A stretch of 62,440 nt of DNA, filler included, from Rhabdomonas costata (lineage: Eukaryota): assembly GCA_019059605.1 (NCBI GenBank). It is 36 parts of 36 records of this genome, joined end to end, with 100 filler letters (N's around TTAATTAATTAA, not from the genome) between each part and the next. Parts side by side here need not be neighbours in the genome. Positions count along the whole stretch, not along the records: positions 59,066 to 60,704 come from JAHMHO010011556.1; positions 60,805 to 62,440 come from JAHMHO010011557.1; 34 more parts are not named here. One strand, given 5' to 3'. Of this stretch, positions 60,435-62,440 are shown in pieces. The notes under the pieces are model-generated. The model searched no databases. It saw only the letters and a program-made list of their open reading frames with translations, and was not told the origin of the DNA. The position numbers and the translations under genes were made by a program. Each line of letters starts with the position of its first letter. Positions within the stretch are counted from its first letter, which is position 1.

Positions 60435-60704
60435 TCACGGTAGCTGACCGACACCAACACCCACACCACTGTAGAGAAGCGAACCCGCCCAACTAGGGTC
60501 ACCGACCAAAGGAAAACCCACCACACCAAGGATCACGCCGGAGGCTTCCACAAACAACACATCACCCACACGCAAAGCACCGAGGATCACACCGAAGTCA
60601 TCTTGGAGACACGAACCCTGCACCACAAGTAACGTCAACGAACCGGCACCACACAACAAGGAATCCCCACACCCAACCCCAATGCACTCACTCGGCTGAA
60701 ACAG
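60435..60704 (-). CDS. nad4L: Probable nad4L (5' truncated), in the same frame as nad4 and ending at TGA 60435-60437
   Basis: LQDDFGVILGALRVGDVLFVEA aligns without gaps to the nad4L consensus LDD..G.LFAL.VLTVAAAES, with DD, AL, V, V and the conserved E at identical spacing. Confidence 0.55.
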   Translation of the reverse strand: MFQPSECIGVGCGDSLLCGAGSLTLLVVQGSCLQDDFGVILGALRVGDVLFVEASGVILGVVGFPLVGDPSWAGSLLYSGVGVGVGQLP

Positions 60705-60804
60705 NNNNNNNNNNNNNNNNNNNNNNNNNNNNNNNNNNNNNNNNNNNNTTAATTAATTAANNNNNNNNNNNNNNNNNNNNNNNNNNNNNNNNNNNNNNNN
60801 NNNN

Positions 60805-60893
60805 TTCCCCGCCGCCGGGTCTGGGGGCTTGCCCAGCACCCGAAGCACCTCTTGGTAGGCATCGTTGATCTCCTTAAACCTCAAATCCCCTCC
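60805..60893 (-). CDS. Exon with the C-terminal half of a J-domain (DnaJ family)
   Basis: GGDLRFKEINDAYQEVL matches the J-domain helix III pattern F.EI..AY..L. Confidence 0.65.
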
Positions 60894-61061
60894 CTTTGAG
60901 TGTGACCATGTGCTTGTGTGTGCGTGTGCGTCGGGAAAGCGGCGAACGTTTCCCACTCAGAGGAGCACTTGGAGCACTGCGATGATGGAGATGATGCTTG
61001 TGCCACCACAGCTCCGGGTGTCCGGGTGTCCGAGTGTCGAACGGATGATACCTTACTGACT

Positions 61062-61250
61062 TTATCTTATCCTATCCTGTCCTTTGTCTTGTCTTGTCTT
61101 GTCTTATCTTATCTAATCTAATCTAATCTTATCTTATCTTATCTTATCTTATCTTATCTTATCTTATCTTATCTTATCTTATCTTATCTTATCTTATTTT
61201 ATCTTATCTTATCTTATCTTATCTTACCTTACCTTACCTTAACCCTATCT
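61062..61250. repeat. (TCTTA)n pentanucleotide satellite with TCTTG/TCTAA/CCTTA variants
   Basis: About 35 units, directly visible. Confidence 0.97.
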
Positions 61251-62440
61251 TGCACAAGTAAGTCGGATTAGAAGACAGACGAGAATAATGGCATGTCATA
61301 TTAGAAGATTTTCCCCACAAATCATCTGGACAAATCTTATAGGTTGACAACAATAACAGGTAACATTTCAATATCCCACCAAGGTAGCAGCAATGACGTT
61401 TCAATTTCCTATAATGCTCATTTTTGCAAACGCATTATAGGTGTAATTTGGACCGCCAACGATTACTGCGAGCTTGTACTGCACAACAACATGACCCGCA
61501 ATTTATGCAACTTAAACAACATGAGAACCATGAGCGCTGGCGATTGTGATAATAGCGAATAGCGCAATCTTTCTGAGCCATCATTAAAACTCAGCAACAC
61601 CCATATCTAGTTCGCTCAAGCTGACGCAAAAACACCAAAAACAAACAGCATCCTAGATAATGATCCATTTTCAGTCATAAGTACTCGAACTGAAAACAGC
61701 AAGCCCTCTCGCTTTGAAAGCACAGATTCACAAGCATCACGAAACCCCAATTAGTGTGCGTGTTTTTTGTTCCTTCCTTCATTTCACCTATTGAGGACTT
61801 GGCTGGCATTGTTCCTTTTTGTTTGTGTGTCTGCGCCTTTTGGGACCTGCGAGCTTAATTTGATGGAACTCGCAAAACCGCGTTTCGAGGCACCTCTTCT
61901 TATTGAGGCACTTGCGCTTCACCTTTTGTTTGGTGTCTTCGTCGGTTACTTCGGTTTCTGCGTCGCACGTTTCTTTACTGTGCACGTTGCAAAACCCGTT
62001 GAACTTTTTTTCTCGCGCACGGATGCCTCTGTCAACGTGAGAGCAGTAAGGCCACGGATTGGGTGCGATTGACGAGGAGGAAGGAGGTAAAGACTGAACG
62101 GGGATATTCACATCTTCAGAAACACACGCATACCCTTCAACACCACCCTCACAGTAGATGATACCAAAGAGCCCATGGAGGAAGAACTCTCTAAAGCCGT
62201 ATTTACAATTGTGCTATAATCTCTGGGAAGGGCTGTACAGAAAGACCTCTGCCTTACAGGGGTCAGCTGTTTTATATTTTCCATCAGGTGCGGCGACCTC
62301 ATCACATGCTCCAAGTTGCTACAGGTGTACGGGATGATGAGCATCTTTCCCGAAACAGTCTCAGCATCAACGTCTCCGAGCAGATACTAATTAAACAAGG
62401 CATGCCAGAATAACCACATCGCATAATTTAACAAACAAAA

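Larger units (their letters stand above)
1639..60804. other. 35 artificial inter-contig spacers (N-run + TTAATTAATTAA six-frame-stop linker + N-run) separating 36 contigs of about 1.64 kb
   Basis: The same linker recurs about every 1737 bp (1683, 3430, 5167, 6904 ... 60749). ORFs ending in X...LIN are artefacts of it. Adjacent contigs are not syntenic. Confidence 0.99.

Noticed and set aside
1683-60760. Regularly spaced TTAATTAATTAA as a CRISPR-like or biological repeat
   Set aside because: It is always embedded in N-runs and is a standard six-frame-stop linker used to concatenate contigs.

Overview
This window is not a continuous locus. It is 36 unrelated contigs of about 1.64 kb joined by artificial spacers (N-run + TTAATTAATTAA + N-run). 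The DNA is from an intron-rich eukaryote, probably a euglenid/euglenozoan-type protist (inference from short GC-rich exons, very degenerate GT/GC-AG introns, AG acceptors just before start codons and the euglenozoan-like nad4). The G/T-only contig starts and A/C-only ends suggest whole-genome amplification. Spliced nuclear gene fragments include a CAP-Gly protein, a GBF1/GNOM-type ARF-GEF, a cytochrome b5 reductase-like protein, TMEM115, a ubiquitin-like protein, PPWD1, YIPF4, a STE20 kinase, an Amt transporter, an AMP deaminase-like protein, XPB and a J-domain protein. There is also an intronless CCCH/C2HC zinc finger plus microbial-type PARG gene, and a decayed Ty3/gypsy element ordered protease-dUTPase-RT. 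The best lead is contig 59066-60704, an extremely G+T-skewed mitochondrial-type nad4 preceded in frame by a probable nad4L. Its frame is interrupted only by TAG codons (4 unique, 6 counting a duplication), one at a conserved Tyr position. This suggests a UAG stop-to-sense (probably Tyr) reassignment or RNA editing in this mitochondrion. All identifications come from motif recognition by eye; no searches were run.
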